Under the pieces are notes generated by a model, which saw only the letters and a list, made by a program, of their open reading frames with translations, was not told where the DNA came from and did no database searches. DNA of 64,000 nucleotides. Source: an uncultured Nitrososphaeraceae archaeon. GTDB lineage: Archaea; Thermoproteota; Nitrososphaeria; Nitrososphaerales; Nitrososphaeraceae. Shown here one piece after another: positions 1-9,811 of this stretch. The stretch spans positions 1 through 64,000 of the forward strand of contig CAWGVG010000057.1 of the NCBI GenBank assembly GCA_963825865.1. The letters run 5' to 3'. Each line of letters starts with the position of its first letter. The first letter of the stretch is position 1. A program made the position numbers and the translations under genes.

Positions 1-10
1 TAATCCTAAT

Positions 11-1039
11 TGTTGGACCTACAAACATAGGTAACAATATAGCTTACAGACATAGGTAACACTTCTGCTAGGAAGTGGAAATCTCTATAGAAATTAGAAC
101 AAAATTCAATCTCATTCATGAACATGAATGGACTGGTAATAGTATTAGCGATATTTGCAATAAATACGAAATATCTAGGAAGACATATTACAGGTGGAAA
201 AATAGATACATAGAGCACGGAATAGACGGGTTGAAAGACCTATCTAGAAGGCCTCATAGCATCAAAACCAAAGTATCTAAAGAAATAGAAGAAACAATAC
301 TTGATTTAAGATTAAAGACCTTTGGTACTAGTAGAATCAGGTTCAGATTAAAAAGACTTGGAGTATCATTGAGCAGTAGAACCATATACAAGACATTGAA
401 AAAACATACTCTCAACGTTCTAAACTGTAAGGTAAAGAATAATAGAAAGTATAAGCGATTTGCAATGAAACATCCAAATGACATGCTTCAAATGGATATA
501 CTTGGACCATTTTACGTACGCTGTTCTAGCACAAGAAATTACATGATAAGCTGTATAGATGACTGTTCAAGAAAAGTTGCTAGCAAGTGGTCTGAAAGAA
601 AGAGGAGCATTGATGTTTTGAATGTACTAGAGGAGTGGATTATGGATAACGGAAAGCCCAGGAAAGTTATGCATGACAACGGTAAGCAGTTTACATCTAA
701 ACTATTCAAACACTTTCTATATAAGAATAACATAAAGGATAAACCAATTCCAAATTCATATCCACAGTTACAAGGAAAGATAGAAGCATATAACAAGATT
801 GTAAAGAATGAGTTCTTGACAGTTGAAGAAATAACAAGTATTGATGATGGAAAACTAAGGTATGATATGTTTGTCAAAGCATATAATGAAACTAGGGAAC
901 ATGGTGGAATAAATGGTCTTACTCCTTCTGAAAGGTTTGTACAAAGGTTAATTAAATCTAAGACATATACAAAAAGGAAGCAAGAAAGTGTAACCTATGT
1001 AGGTAATCAAAATTGTTACCCATCTGTGTAAGTACAACA
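11..1039 (+). mobile_element. IS481-family insertion sequence
   Basis: Imperfect 28-bp terminal inverted repeats starting TGT: TGTTGGACCTACAAACATAGGTAACAAT (11-38) versus the reverse complement of 1012-1039, TGTTGTACTTACACAGATGGGTAACAAT. A second internal CATAGGT-ACA-type repeat lies at each end, and the repeats enclose a transposase ORF. Confidence 0.9.
75..1031 (+). CDS. IS481-family DDE transposase (HTH + rve integrase core)
   Basis: N-terminal HTH (ISRKTYYRWKNRY...GLKDLSRRP), then QMD, IDDCSR, HDNGKQF, PQLQGKIE and YNETREH motifs. Confidence 0.93.
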   Translation: MEISIEIRTKFNLIHEHEWTGNSISDICNKYEISRKTYYRWKNRYIEHGIDGLKDLSRRPHSIKTKVSKEIEETILDLRLKTFGTSRIRFRLKRLGVSLSSRTIYKTLKKHTLNVLNCKVKNNRKYKRFAMKHPNDMLQMDILGPFYVRCSSTRNYMISCIDDCSRKVASKWSERKRSIDVLNVLEEWIMDNGKPRKVMHDNGKQFTSKLFKHFLYKNNIKDKPIPNSYPQLQGKIEAYNKIVKNEFLTVEEITSIDDGKLRYDMFVKAYNETREHGGINGLTPSERFVQRLIKSKTYTKRKQESVTYVGNQNCYPSV

Positions 1040-1131
1040 ATTAATGAAGCAACAATCATAGCCAAAGTGAGAAATTGGCCCGTCCTCTTTCTATCGAAAT
1101 TTACTCTTTGTTCAGGATTGGTTTCATTCAT
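1040..1131 (-). pseudogene. N-terminus of a small signal/TM protein apparently interrupted by the IS481
   Basis: MNETNPEQRVNFDRKRTGQFLTLAMIVASLI is a charged N-terminus plus hydrophobic helix that runs directly into the IS end. Confidence 0.4.
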
Positions 1132-1206
1132 TTTTAAAGAGCGGACAACTCTATTATATTTATACATTGCTACTTCGCACCCTTTTTTATGCTTAATTTT
1201 CGAGTA

Positions 1207-1274
1207 TTGTATACAAGTTTGTATACAACATGACTTTCTGCGCGTAAGTTTGTATACAAACCATGCATTGTATA
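1207..1274. promoter_or_regulatory. Cluster of palindromic TTGTATACAA boxes (putative operator)
   Basis: Perfect 10-bp palindrome at 1207-1216, 1219-1228 and 1250-1259, with a partial TTGTATA at 1268-1274. Confidence 0.6.
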
Positions 1275-1284
1275 ACGATTCTAT

Positions 1285-1317
1285 TACAACTCCAACCTTG
1301 TTATAGTCAAAGTCAGG
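1285..1317 (+). repeat. 33-bp direct repeat copy 1 (recombinase-site-like)
   Basis: TACAACTCCAACCTTGTTATAGTCAAAGTCAGG, 29/33 identical to 2182-2214. Confidence 0.8.
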
Positions 1318-1404
1318 CGAACAGTTTCTTATTCTCTGCCATTATTTCTTTTATATGAATGATTGAATTTATTACAACTCATATTCTTGTTAATCTGATT
1401 CATT

Positions 1405-2082
1405 GTGTGGTATACCATAGCAACAACTATTCCATCATTTAAGCTCAGAAAACAGGTTTTAGAGCAACTCGTAGATATCATTGAAAATCAATATCAGCAG
1501 ATTAAGGACAAAGATGAGTATTCTACTGTTAAATATATTTTTAAAATAAAACAAAGAGGAAGAGAGATAGAGACAAATAATCCGACAAATTTTTTATCCA
1601 AAGATATTATAAGGCCGGACTTAGAATATATCAAACTTATACTCCAATCTGATCCGATCAAGATAGACGTTGGTATACGTTTTGATATGCCCAATTCATC
1701 AATTAACGTCGAAGGTAATGAATCAAATCATGTAGAGAGTATATCTAGACATCTCGAAAACGTATTTGATAACCCAACTATAAAGAGCTTTAATTATATT
1801 TTTCATTCTAAGAGAAAATGGCTAATTTATATTCCGATCGGATTATCTCTTGCTATAGTTAATGCACTCACATATCCTCTATTAATTTTGAAGATAATAT
1901 ACTCTATTAGTTGGACGTTCCTTATTTCGTTAATATTAGATTTGTTATTTGGATGGCTTTATCCAAGGATTGAAATTGAGGAAACAAAAGAGATTAAAAT
2001 TAGAAAATTTATCTGGTGGAGTATAGTGGCGATAGGAAGTGCAGAAGCAGCGAAGTATATTTGGTTAATTTTACCACATTGA
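1405..2082 (+). CDS. Hypothetical membrane protein (soluble N-terminus, 2-3 C-terminal TM helices)
   Basis: 225-aa uninterrupted, very AT-rich ORF with hydrophobic segments in the last ~90 aa. Confidence 0.7.
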   Translation: MWYTIATTIPSFKLRKQVLEQLVDIIENQYQQIKDKDEYSTVKYIFKIKQRGREIETNNPTNFLSKDIIRPDLEYIKLILQSDPIKIDVGIRFDMPNSSINVEGNESNHVESISRHLENVFDNPTIKSFNYIFHSKRKWLIYIPIGLSLAIVNALTYPLLILKIIYSISWTFLISLILDLLFGWLYPRIEIEETKEIKIRKFIWWSIVAIGSAEAAKYIWLILPH

Positions 2083-2181
2083 TCTTAACGTTATAAGTTG
2101 TATTTTTTCTATATCTTTGTATTTTATTTTTATCGTATAGAACTAGGTTTAATATCTCATTTTATCGTGTAGGAAATTAAC

Positions 2182-2214
2182 TACATCTCTAACCTTGTTA
2201 TAGCCAAAGTTAGG
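2182..2214 (+). repeat. 33-bp direct repeat copy 2 (recombinase-site-like)
   Basis: TACATCTCTAACCTTGTTATAGCCAAAGTTAGG, with internal dyad CTAACCTTG-7bp-CAAAGTTAG. Confidence 0.8.
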
Positions 2215-2388
2215 TCTATGGTAATGCTTTCCAAATATATAATCAGTTACTTTCCTTCTCTTAGAAATTGATAAAATATCTCATTTATTCATCTATCTCT
2301 AGAAATCTCGACCCATCGGTATAAAGTTATATCCAAATACTATATTGATTATCTCTGTGCTCACTATTCATTTAGCTCCAAAAGCAAT

Positions 2389-3460
2389 TTAATTAGTAAA
2401 GTCTAACTGGGACAAATCCTGTAGCACCTTGCTGAGAACCTCTGTTAGCTTGTCATTACTGGTTGTTTTGCTATGACTAGTAGTCGGACTCATCGTCATC
2501 ATCGCGTCTATGGTCTTTATCATCCCTTTGGCCATGTCTTCTGCAGAGTAGGTTTTACTCAATAAATTAAGATATGTCTGTCCAACATTTAAGATATCAT
2601 TCTCAGTTAAACCAAGTTGCAAAAGTTTCGTTAGCATGTTACCTGTGAAGGGACTAGCCCCAAGAATCTGCAACATATTTTCTCGCTTCTCCTTGAGTAT
2701 CTGAATCTGTAAGTTGAGCCTTACCTTCTCGGATTCAAAGCCCAGTTTAGCATCGTATTGAGTTTCTATGTCATTGAAGAATTTATAAACCGCTCCCCAG
2801 TGGTCTATTCCGTTTGAGTTTGTAATATCTAGGATTGTGTGAAGCAACCTTCTCAGCTCCTTTGAGCCAAATCCTATATTCGCGAGATCGTTGTACACAG
2901 GCAGGTTTTCTGAATGTAAATTGATTGCGTGTCGAAGTGAATAGTCCTGCTGATTAAGTTTTGCAAGGTTCTTTTCCATCTCATCTGTTCGGATCTCCAA
3001 CGCTCGTCGATTATGAGCTAGATATTGAATGCCATCAAATTCTGCAAGCACCTTTTCAGGTTCGTATCCATATTCTGCAATGCCTCTAACACTTTTTGCA
3101 AATTTTGGAACATCCTCAGTTATGGATATTTTATGTTTATCTAATTCCTGCTTTGCATCAAAATATGACTTCATCTCCTCATTGGCTTTTCTTTTTTGCT
3201 CCAAAGCCCAATCCCGACCCTTTTCGCATTCTGACTTCTGCTCTTCTAGGGTGTATATCTGATCCCTTAATTCTTGCAGTTTATAGTCCAATTCTATTTT
3301 CTTGACAGTCTGTTGATTTATATAATCTTCAATTTCAGGTAGTGGAACTTGATCTGAAAATTTGATAAGGTCTTCAATATAAGTGATAATTTTACTTGGC
3401 GTGACTCCTAGCCTCTCGCATTTTTTGTATATATCAGATATAAAATGCTCAGCAGTTTCT
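2389..3460 (-). CDS. Coiled-coil hypothetical protein (5' end likely lost or chimeric)
   Basis: Long ORF rich in E/K/L heptads. Its first codons overlap the GNAT remnant. Confidence 0.6.
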
Positions 3461-4259
3461 CGGTCCAGGTTGAACTGCGCCGACCTTGACATAGCACGTA
3501 TTACTTCCTGCCTCAGATCCAACTCCGCAGTGACATACAGCCAGGCCCATCAACCTTCTTCTTACGAGTCTTGTTTCTTCCCCTGCACCATCATCATTTC
3601 TCTCCCACAGCAACACACTATCACCAAGCCTTTGCGTATTTACAGCAGCTATTTCGTGCTTTACATCCAGTCCCTCATATATCGCATCAGTCAATTTGTG
3701 ACAAACATTAAGACATTCTTCTTGATCCTCTTCTGATAGTTCAGAATACTTAGACCAAGGTAAAGCAATTTCTTCCCCTCTTCTTCTTATTATTGTCGTT
3801 GTTGTCTGATCTGCAACGACAGGTTTGGACATAATAGCGGTTAGAAACGACGGCCAGAAGCCAAATTTCTGATACAAGCCTATGTGCTTTGGACTGTGAG
3901 AAAAGGTAAACAGACCGGCATGTTTCGTGCCCCACTTGTCAAAAAGCTCGATAGTTGATTCTAGCAGGCGCTTGGCAATACCACGATCCCATAAATCTGG
4001 TCGTACTGATAAGGGTCCAAAAAAGCCCACACTACCCCAGTTTGTTACAAAGTTAGAACCTACAATCTCACCATTAAGCTCAGCTCGCCAAAGCGGCAGA
4101 TGGGTTAGCTAAAAAACGTGTGTGGACAATGTCTGCATCACCAAAGAATGACATGGGATCTGGTAGGCCCACGAACGTACCGAAAGCTAGCCTAAGGATG
4201 CGGTCGGCTGTGGGCAGATCAGTTTCCCGCAGCGGGCGAACGTAGACATCATCAATCAT
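3449..4259 (-). pseudogene. GNAT-family N-acetyltransferase, frameshifted and 3'-truncated
   Basis: MIDDVYVRPLRETDLPTADRILRLAFGTF... continues after a frameshift into FGPLSVRPDLWDRGIAKRLL (acetyl-CoA motif A) and LYQKFGF. Confidence 0.75.
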
Positions 4260-4421
4260 TGCTATATTTTCTTTGGTGTTTTTGTTATTGCGTTTCTAAT
4301 AAATATATAACGACGCCTTTTTATTTTCCTCTTGTACGGCATCTATGCTCTATCTGCTACTTGCAGATTAGCGAGGAAGAACTAGAACAGTTAGAGAAAG
4401 AGCGGCAGATACATTAATTTC

Positions 4422-5314
4422 TTATCTCCAGATGGTTATATCTCGGCATTTTACGCCGATAGGCTTGTCCTCAATTGTGCCGCAAATTGATATCAATGTT
4501 CTATCTGGCATTGCATGAAACTTTGTCAGTGGAAATATCTGATTGTTGACTATTATTGTCCTGATGAAATTAGGTTCCTCACCCCCATTAAATTTGTCAA
4601 TATTGAGAATAAAAATAGGGGATAAAAAAAGGGTTAGTGAGCGACTGCTGCTGCTGATCCTCCTGCTGTTGCCACTGCTGCTGCCTGCGGCTGACACTGT
4701 TTGTGCTGGTAATACTGTAGGAACGAAATCACTCAAGGGTATTCGTTCGCCTGCTTGGTATGTTATACCGCTAATTGGGCTTGTGTAATCTATTGTCAGC
4801 ACTATCCAGTCCACAGTCCCGTCACTATGACTTCTGTTGATGTGGACTATTTTTACTACTGTACTGTGATCGTCGTCATGATGTACAAAATCGAAGCCAT
4901 GTGGTGGTCCTACTTGGAATGATTCACGATGCTGTAGCCCTCCTACTATTGGACGTTTACCAACAAATACTGGATGTGGAAAAGATTCTCGATGGCTGAT
5001 TAACGATGACGATGAACTGCCCGGTAGACCATGTCCTCCTCTATCATTTACTCCTACCTTTTTGCCAGTGCCGCCACTATCGCCCACTACGTTATTACTG
5101 CCGCCGCCGGCACCATCATGACCACCACCGCCTTTGCCGTCGCCATCGCTACTGCCGCCGCCTCCAGTCTTTCAGCAAAAGCCAGTCCTGGGTCCATCAT
5201 CGCAGAAGAAGATATGACAAGCAAAACGACTACTGCTAATATTGTAATCTCTACCTTCTTACCTATCAATCTCTTCGGAGCTATTTTTATTTCCATAATC
5301 TGATGGTTAACCAA
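4422..5314 (-). CDS. Putative secreted Gly/Ser/His-rich protein (one frameshift)
   Basis: Signal-like N-terminus in ORF 5087-5314. The GGC-rich tract reads GGGSSDGDGKGGGGH in frame with ORF 4422-5087. Confidence 0.55.
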
Positions 5315-5372
5315 ATTCTATTACCTCGGGAGGATATTCTATTGCCTCACTCCATTACCAAATTCATATACT

Positions 5373-5915
5373 CTAATGTCCAAATGGCCCATGCCAGAAT
5401 CCTCCTCCTCCAAATCCATGTAGTGCACGTGGTCCATATGCTCCACCCATTGCTTCCGGTGTACCAAAGGAACCTCCCATTTGTTGACCTTGCGATGTGT
5501 ATAGCACCTTACCATTTCCAGCATCGACTATAGTATGATATCCTGTCTGATTTCCTGTATTCACTACAAAGAATGTGTAAACCAGATATCCTTGCACTAC
5601 TCCCAAGTGACCTCCTACGACATTGCCATTAGTGATTTGTTTTGCTGCAATGTCGGCAGCTTGTGAAAAAGGTACTTTAAGGTTATCTTTGATAATATTT
5701 TTTGTCGTCTGCACAACATTTATCGAACCTGTGATATTTGGCAATTGCCCTCCATATCCTGGGCCCATAGTAGTCGTATTTGTTGGCTGTACTGCAGAAG
5801 CAGCTGTTATTGCCGGGTATGCTACAAAAATTCCTGTCAGAACAACAGCAACAACTGCTATAGTCGCAGGTACTAACACTTTCTTGCTTACAACTTTAGA
5901 CTTTGTTGTTATCAT
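5373..5915 (-). CDS. Secreted PepSY-domain-like protein
   Basis: Signal peptide, then VPFSQAADIA...GYLVYTFFV...IVDAGNGKVL (PepSY pattern) and a Gly-rich tail. Confidence 0.75.
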   Translation of the reverse strand: MITTKSKVVSKKVLVPATIAVVAVVLTGIFVAYPAITAASAVQPTNTTTMGPGYGGQLPNITGSINVVQTTKNIIKDNLKVPFSQAADIAAKQITNGNVVGGHLGVVQGYLVYTFFVVNTGNQTGYHTIVDAGNGKVLYTSQGQQMGGSFGTPEAMGGAYGPRALHGFGGGGFWHGPFGH

Positions 5916-5964
5916 TGTAAGATATAATGAGCTAAATTTTCGTTATAACCCTTGTTTACCTATG

Positions 5965-5982
5965 ACACGTAACTTAGTTACC
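5965..5982. promoter_or_regulatory. Putative operator ACACGTAAC-N3-GTTACC (copy 1)
   Basis: Dyad GTAAC-TTA-GTTAC upstream of the PepSY gene. The same motif occurs at 6468-6485. Confidence 0.55.
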
Positions 5983-6099
5983 TTAAGTCTTATATTGCTC
6001 TTCAAATGAAAAGCGCTCATAATTACAAAAAGAAAGAAATACAGCAACAATCTTCTTAAATGAATGGTCTTTAAATCTCCATATTGCAATTGAGCTAAA

Positions 6100-6399
6100 T
6101 TGGTCCACGAGTATCGAGACAGGATTTACATAAGGAAGGATATAATGTTCAAACTTTACGAATATGGAGAACTTAACCAAAGCAAACTCGTAAGCTATTG
6201 TGGATTAAACAATGTAAAACACAGAGGAATAATTGATGACTTGGTAGAAAAAGAACTTATAGCAAGAATGGAGGAACCATGGGGAAATAAAACCATAATA
6301 AAATACAAGCTTTCAGAGAAAGGAAGAGATATTCTTAGACAAATACTAGAACCTTATGAAGCTCTATTTCCTAGAAGTCAAAGAGATGACCAGCAATGA
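6100..6399 (+). CDS. Winged-helix transcriptional regulator (archaeal HTH_45-like)
   Basis: YRDRIYI..DI, NQSKLVSYCGLN and YKLSEKGRDIL motifs. Confidence 0.8.
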   Translation: MVHEYRDRIYIRKDIMFKLYEYGELNQSKLVSYCGLNNVKHRGIIDDLVEKELIARMEEPWGNKTIIKYKLSEKGRDILRQILEPYEALFPRSQRDDQQ

Positions 6400-6408
6400 T
6401 GATGATGG

Positions 6409-6439
<31 letters not shown>

Positions 6440-6467
6440 TAAATTGACTATTATATTAAAAACACAC

Positions 6468-6485
6468 ACACGTAACAAAGTTACC
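6468..6485. promoter_or_regulatory. Putative operator ACACGTAAC-N3-GTTACC (copy 2)
   Basis: Dyad GTAAC-AAA-GTTAC just upstream of the TATA-like TTTTTAAAA and ORF 6521. Confidence 0.55.
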
Positions 6486-6520
6486 ACACAGTTTTTAAAA
6501 TAAAGCGGGTAAAGAGAAGC

Positions 6521-6916
6521 GTGACAGATTCATCAAATGATAACATTCAACCAAAAGAGAATCTCTTTCAGATAATGGATGGTATTATAGACCAGCTAAA
6601 CAAAACTAAGAAAATGTTTATCATAATGATACTATCAATTATGATCATTCCACCAATATCTTTTGTTGTGACCTTTGCATTATTTGGCCCTCCATTTCCA
6701 CTTGACAATACGGCTACACATGAACGGTTTGGTCATAGGTTTGGCCCAGGCTTTGCTACTGCACGTGTGGTACCATTTCTAATTTCTTTAATATGGTTAG
6801 GAATAGGGATAAGACAGTGGTTTGTACTCTCAAAGTGGACTAAGAAGTATGAACTGTATAGGAAATTGCAGAAGGAGATCGACGAGAAATTAGATTTCGA
6901 CCAAGGCAAAAAATAG
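6521..6916 (+). CDS. Hypothetical 2-TM membrane protein
   Basis: 131-aa ORF with two hydrophobic helices. Confidence 0.75.
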   Translation: MTDSSNDNIQPKENLFQIMDGIIDQLNKTKKMFIIMILSIMIIPPISFVVTFALFGPPFPLDNTATHERFGHRFGPGFATARVVPFLISLIWLGIGIRQWFVLSKWTKKYELYRKLQKEIDEKLDFDQGKK

Positions 6917-7249
6917 GCTCAAACAACTAATCCAACATTATTTTTTTATCTTTTTTTAATAATATCTTCTTCTACTGCTGCCAGTTCTTTTGTACTTCAA
7001 ATCAAAGTATGCAAAAAACAAGACCGAAACCCTTCCATTACTTACTTACTTACTATCCATGCATTTTGCTATCTAGTATATCTATGTAATAATAATGCTG
7101 AATAAATTTTTTGGAAATGAGAGATCATATCTGTAGTTGGACGTATAAATTGCAATGAAGCGATGGATTAAAGGGTTACAGATTAATAATTTGTAATGAA
7201 CGTAACATCCAGTTAATAGACATTTTATGAAGGTGTGAAGTTTATTTCT

Positions 7250-7663
7250 ATCAATAATAGTACGAATATACCTTTACCATTAGGTTTAAACAATCTTCAC
7301 TCAAGGAAAAAACAATTTTCGTTGGAATTGTAGCAGTTATTGGGCTCCGATTTGCTGAATTTCTTTGGAGAGAATATTCGATACAGATAGTAGATGTCAC
7401 ATATGTCCAAAGCTATGATTTCGTTATAACAAATCAATGTGTTATTGTTACCAATGAGATAGTAGTAGTATCTTCACATCGTGGAACCAAAACCTTTAGG
7501 GTAAATCCATTGGAGTTTGCAAAAAGATCTGGAGTTACGACAGTTACTGGAATTGCAAGTCCAAACCATTCTTCAACAGACATTAGAATTGAAAAGTGTG
7601 CTCAAGAGACTTGTGGCACAACTACAATATCTCTTAGATCTGTAATCGCTAGGATAATAAAAT
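7250..7663 (+). pseudogene. SIS-domain (sugar isomerase/GlmS-like) remnant
   Basis: Hand translation from ~7450 gives TNEIVVVSSHRGTKTF...LEFAKRSGVTTVTG...EKCAQE. The upstream part contains stops and frameshifts. Confidence 0.6.
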
Positions 7664-7986
7664 GAATAGGCTTGTTTAATCCAGAGGTAATAGTTAGGTT
7701 TAGGAATTTCGTCAGGCTATCTTATGCCTTCTAGGCCGCTCCCGCAAGTCATGAAGCCCTTGGTATATGTTGGAAATCATATGATCAAGCGATTGATTAT
7801 ACAGCAGTCATTTTACTGGTTTTATTATTTCTTCCAAATTATTGTTGTATAGTTTCTTCCAGAGAAGATTAATTTTATTTAAGTATGTAAAAGAAATAAA
7901 ATCATCTTACTAAATGTAGTCCGTTCCACACAATATAGAGATGTGTCTTACTTCAAGTACCACTTTGTTGTATATATGCTGGTAAA

Positions 7987-9626
7987 CTATTTGAGAGCAG
8001 GTTTTGCTATATAATGAGAGACTATCGGTTGCAGACCATCTTTGAGAAGTGCTCTGATTCTATCTTCCATTATCTGAACGTTTTTGGTAACGCGTTCATG
8101 ATGACGCATATGGTCAGTCCAGGTATCAGCAATTCTGATCTCTATATATTGACCGATATCTGCTGGATCTTGAAATAATTCCCAATAGGCCATTCCCTCG
8201 CTCTTAAGAATACGCCCTAATTCACGTACACTTTGCTCGAACTCATCAGATAATTTAGGATCAATATTATATTCGATTGTTATTAAGGCTTGAGCGTCAT
8301 TTCCTGGAGAGTCAACTGGCAACTGAGGAGGAAGTGACCAGTGGTCACTGCTTGCTGGTGTGAAATCGAGATCATCCACAAAAGTAGTGCTGTAACGCTT
8401 TCTGGCAATAATAGTTGTAGCTAAGGCTGATGAAGCTATTGACAGGGTGATTGGGATCCCAAACGCGTTAGCTATTGTACCCCATATTACACTTCCAACT
8501 ACCAAGCCACCATTTAGTATAAGCAGATAAACTGCTAATACTCTGGCTCCAATCCATTTTGGAGCAGATTTCATTCCAATGGTATAAAGTTTTGACAATA
8601 TGGTGATGTAAGCTACTCCTCCTACTCCCATGACTATGCAAAGAATACCAAAATCTCGTACATATCCCATTGCGAATATTACTACTGCAAGTAAAACAAT
8701 AGAACCTGTGATGAGAGATTCTACTGAAACCCCCTGGACGCAATTTTGGCAATATTGCAATTCCGCCAATTATTGCGCCTGTACCAAAAGATCCTAATAG
8801 CAGTCCAAAACCTGTCGAATCAAGTCTTAGTTCGTGTTTAGCTAAGAGTGGCAAGAGAGATAATAAGTGCACTACTACATAATGTGAACAAACCTGCACG
8901 AACAATTAATACATGTGCTGCCTGAGAATAGCGTACATAACGTATCTGAGCTCGAATGGCTCCAATTATGTTCTCCGGGGGCAGAGAGCTTTGTTGGTGG
9001 ACATTAGACTTTCTTGGTAATCGAATTAGAACCATAATCATACCAATAAATGAAGCCGAATTGAGAAAGAACACAGCCCAAGGTGCAATTGCTGCTACAA
9101 TAAAACCACCAACTGTGGGGCCAACGACACGACCAATATTGCTTGCAACAGCACTAAGAGTGAGAGCAGCAGGTAGTTCTGATCCTGATACTAGTCCACT
9201 CATGGTAGGAATAATAGGAGTCCTAATCATAGTTGTACCTGCTCCTAGCGCAAAAGTAAGTATCAACAATACCGACGGGGTAGTAACGCCAACAATAGTG
9301 AGCATTCCTAGTATTATAGATATTGTAAACATGTATGCACATGTAATGAGGAGTATATTACGCCGGTCAAAAATATCAGACAATGCTCCAGATGGTAAAG
9401 CAAAGAGAAAAATTGGTAGAGTACTTGCTGTTGTAATAAGAGAAACGAATAAAGGGTTTGGAGCAAGCGAAGTCATTAGCCATGAAGCGCCAACATCATA
9501 CATAGCAGCACCGACATATGAAAAGAGGGCAGCAATCCACAATGTCCTATACAAGCTATCTCTAAATGGATTCAGACCAGATGCCGAGATATTTTCTTCT
9601 TGTCCTCTTTTTCCCTTTTCGACCAT
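7987..9626 (-). CDS. MFS transporter (MFS_3 type with C-terminal soluble domain), split over three frames
   Basis: LWIAALFSYVG, LPSGALSDIFDRR, NIGRVVGPTVGG and a C-terminal WTDHMRHHERVT domain. Confidence 0.85.
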
Positions 9627-9811
9627 AGGAAATAAGTAAGCGAGGGTTAGTCATACGCATTTCGGGATGATAATATGCCTCCCAACTTAGGCGCACTTTA
9701 GATTAAAAAACATCCTAGGAACAACGATTATCAAAACTGCAAGCAGACAGTACGTATGACGGCTCAGGTATTTCCGTTATACATGTGATTTATGCTTATT
9801 GATAAATAGTA

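Noticed and set aside
1051-1071. Third partial copy of the 33-bp repeat (ATAGCCAAAGT)
   Set aside because: Only 11 bp match, and they are explained by codons (TLAM) of the small minus-strand ORF.
1285-2214. Classical integron attC sites
   Set aside because: The repeats are too short for an attC hairpin, the R boxes are imperfect, and no IntI is present. Kept only as generic recombinase-like sites.
5006-5303. His/Arg- or Ala-rich plus-strand ORFs
   Set aside because: They are alternative readings of the GGC-rich Gly linker of the minus-strand gene.
8956-9639. 227-aa plus-strand ORF and similar antisense ORFs (e.g. 16624-17118, 54441-54935, 5623-6009)
   Set aside because: They are shadows of well-supported genes on the opposite strand.
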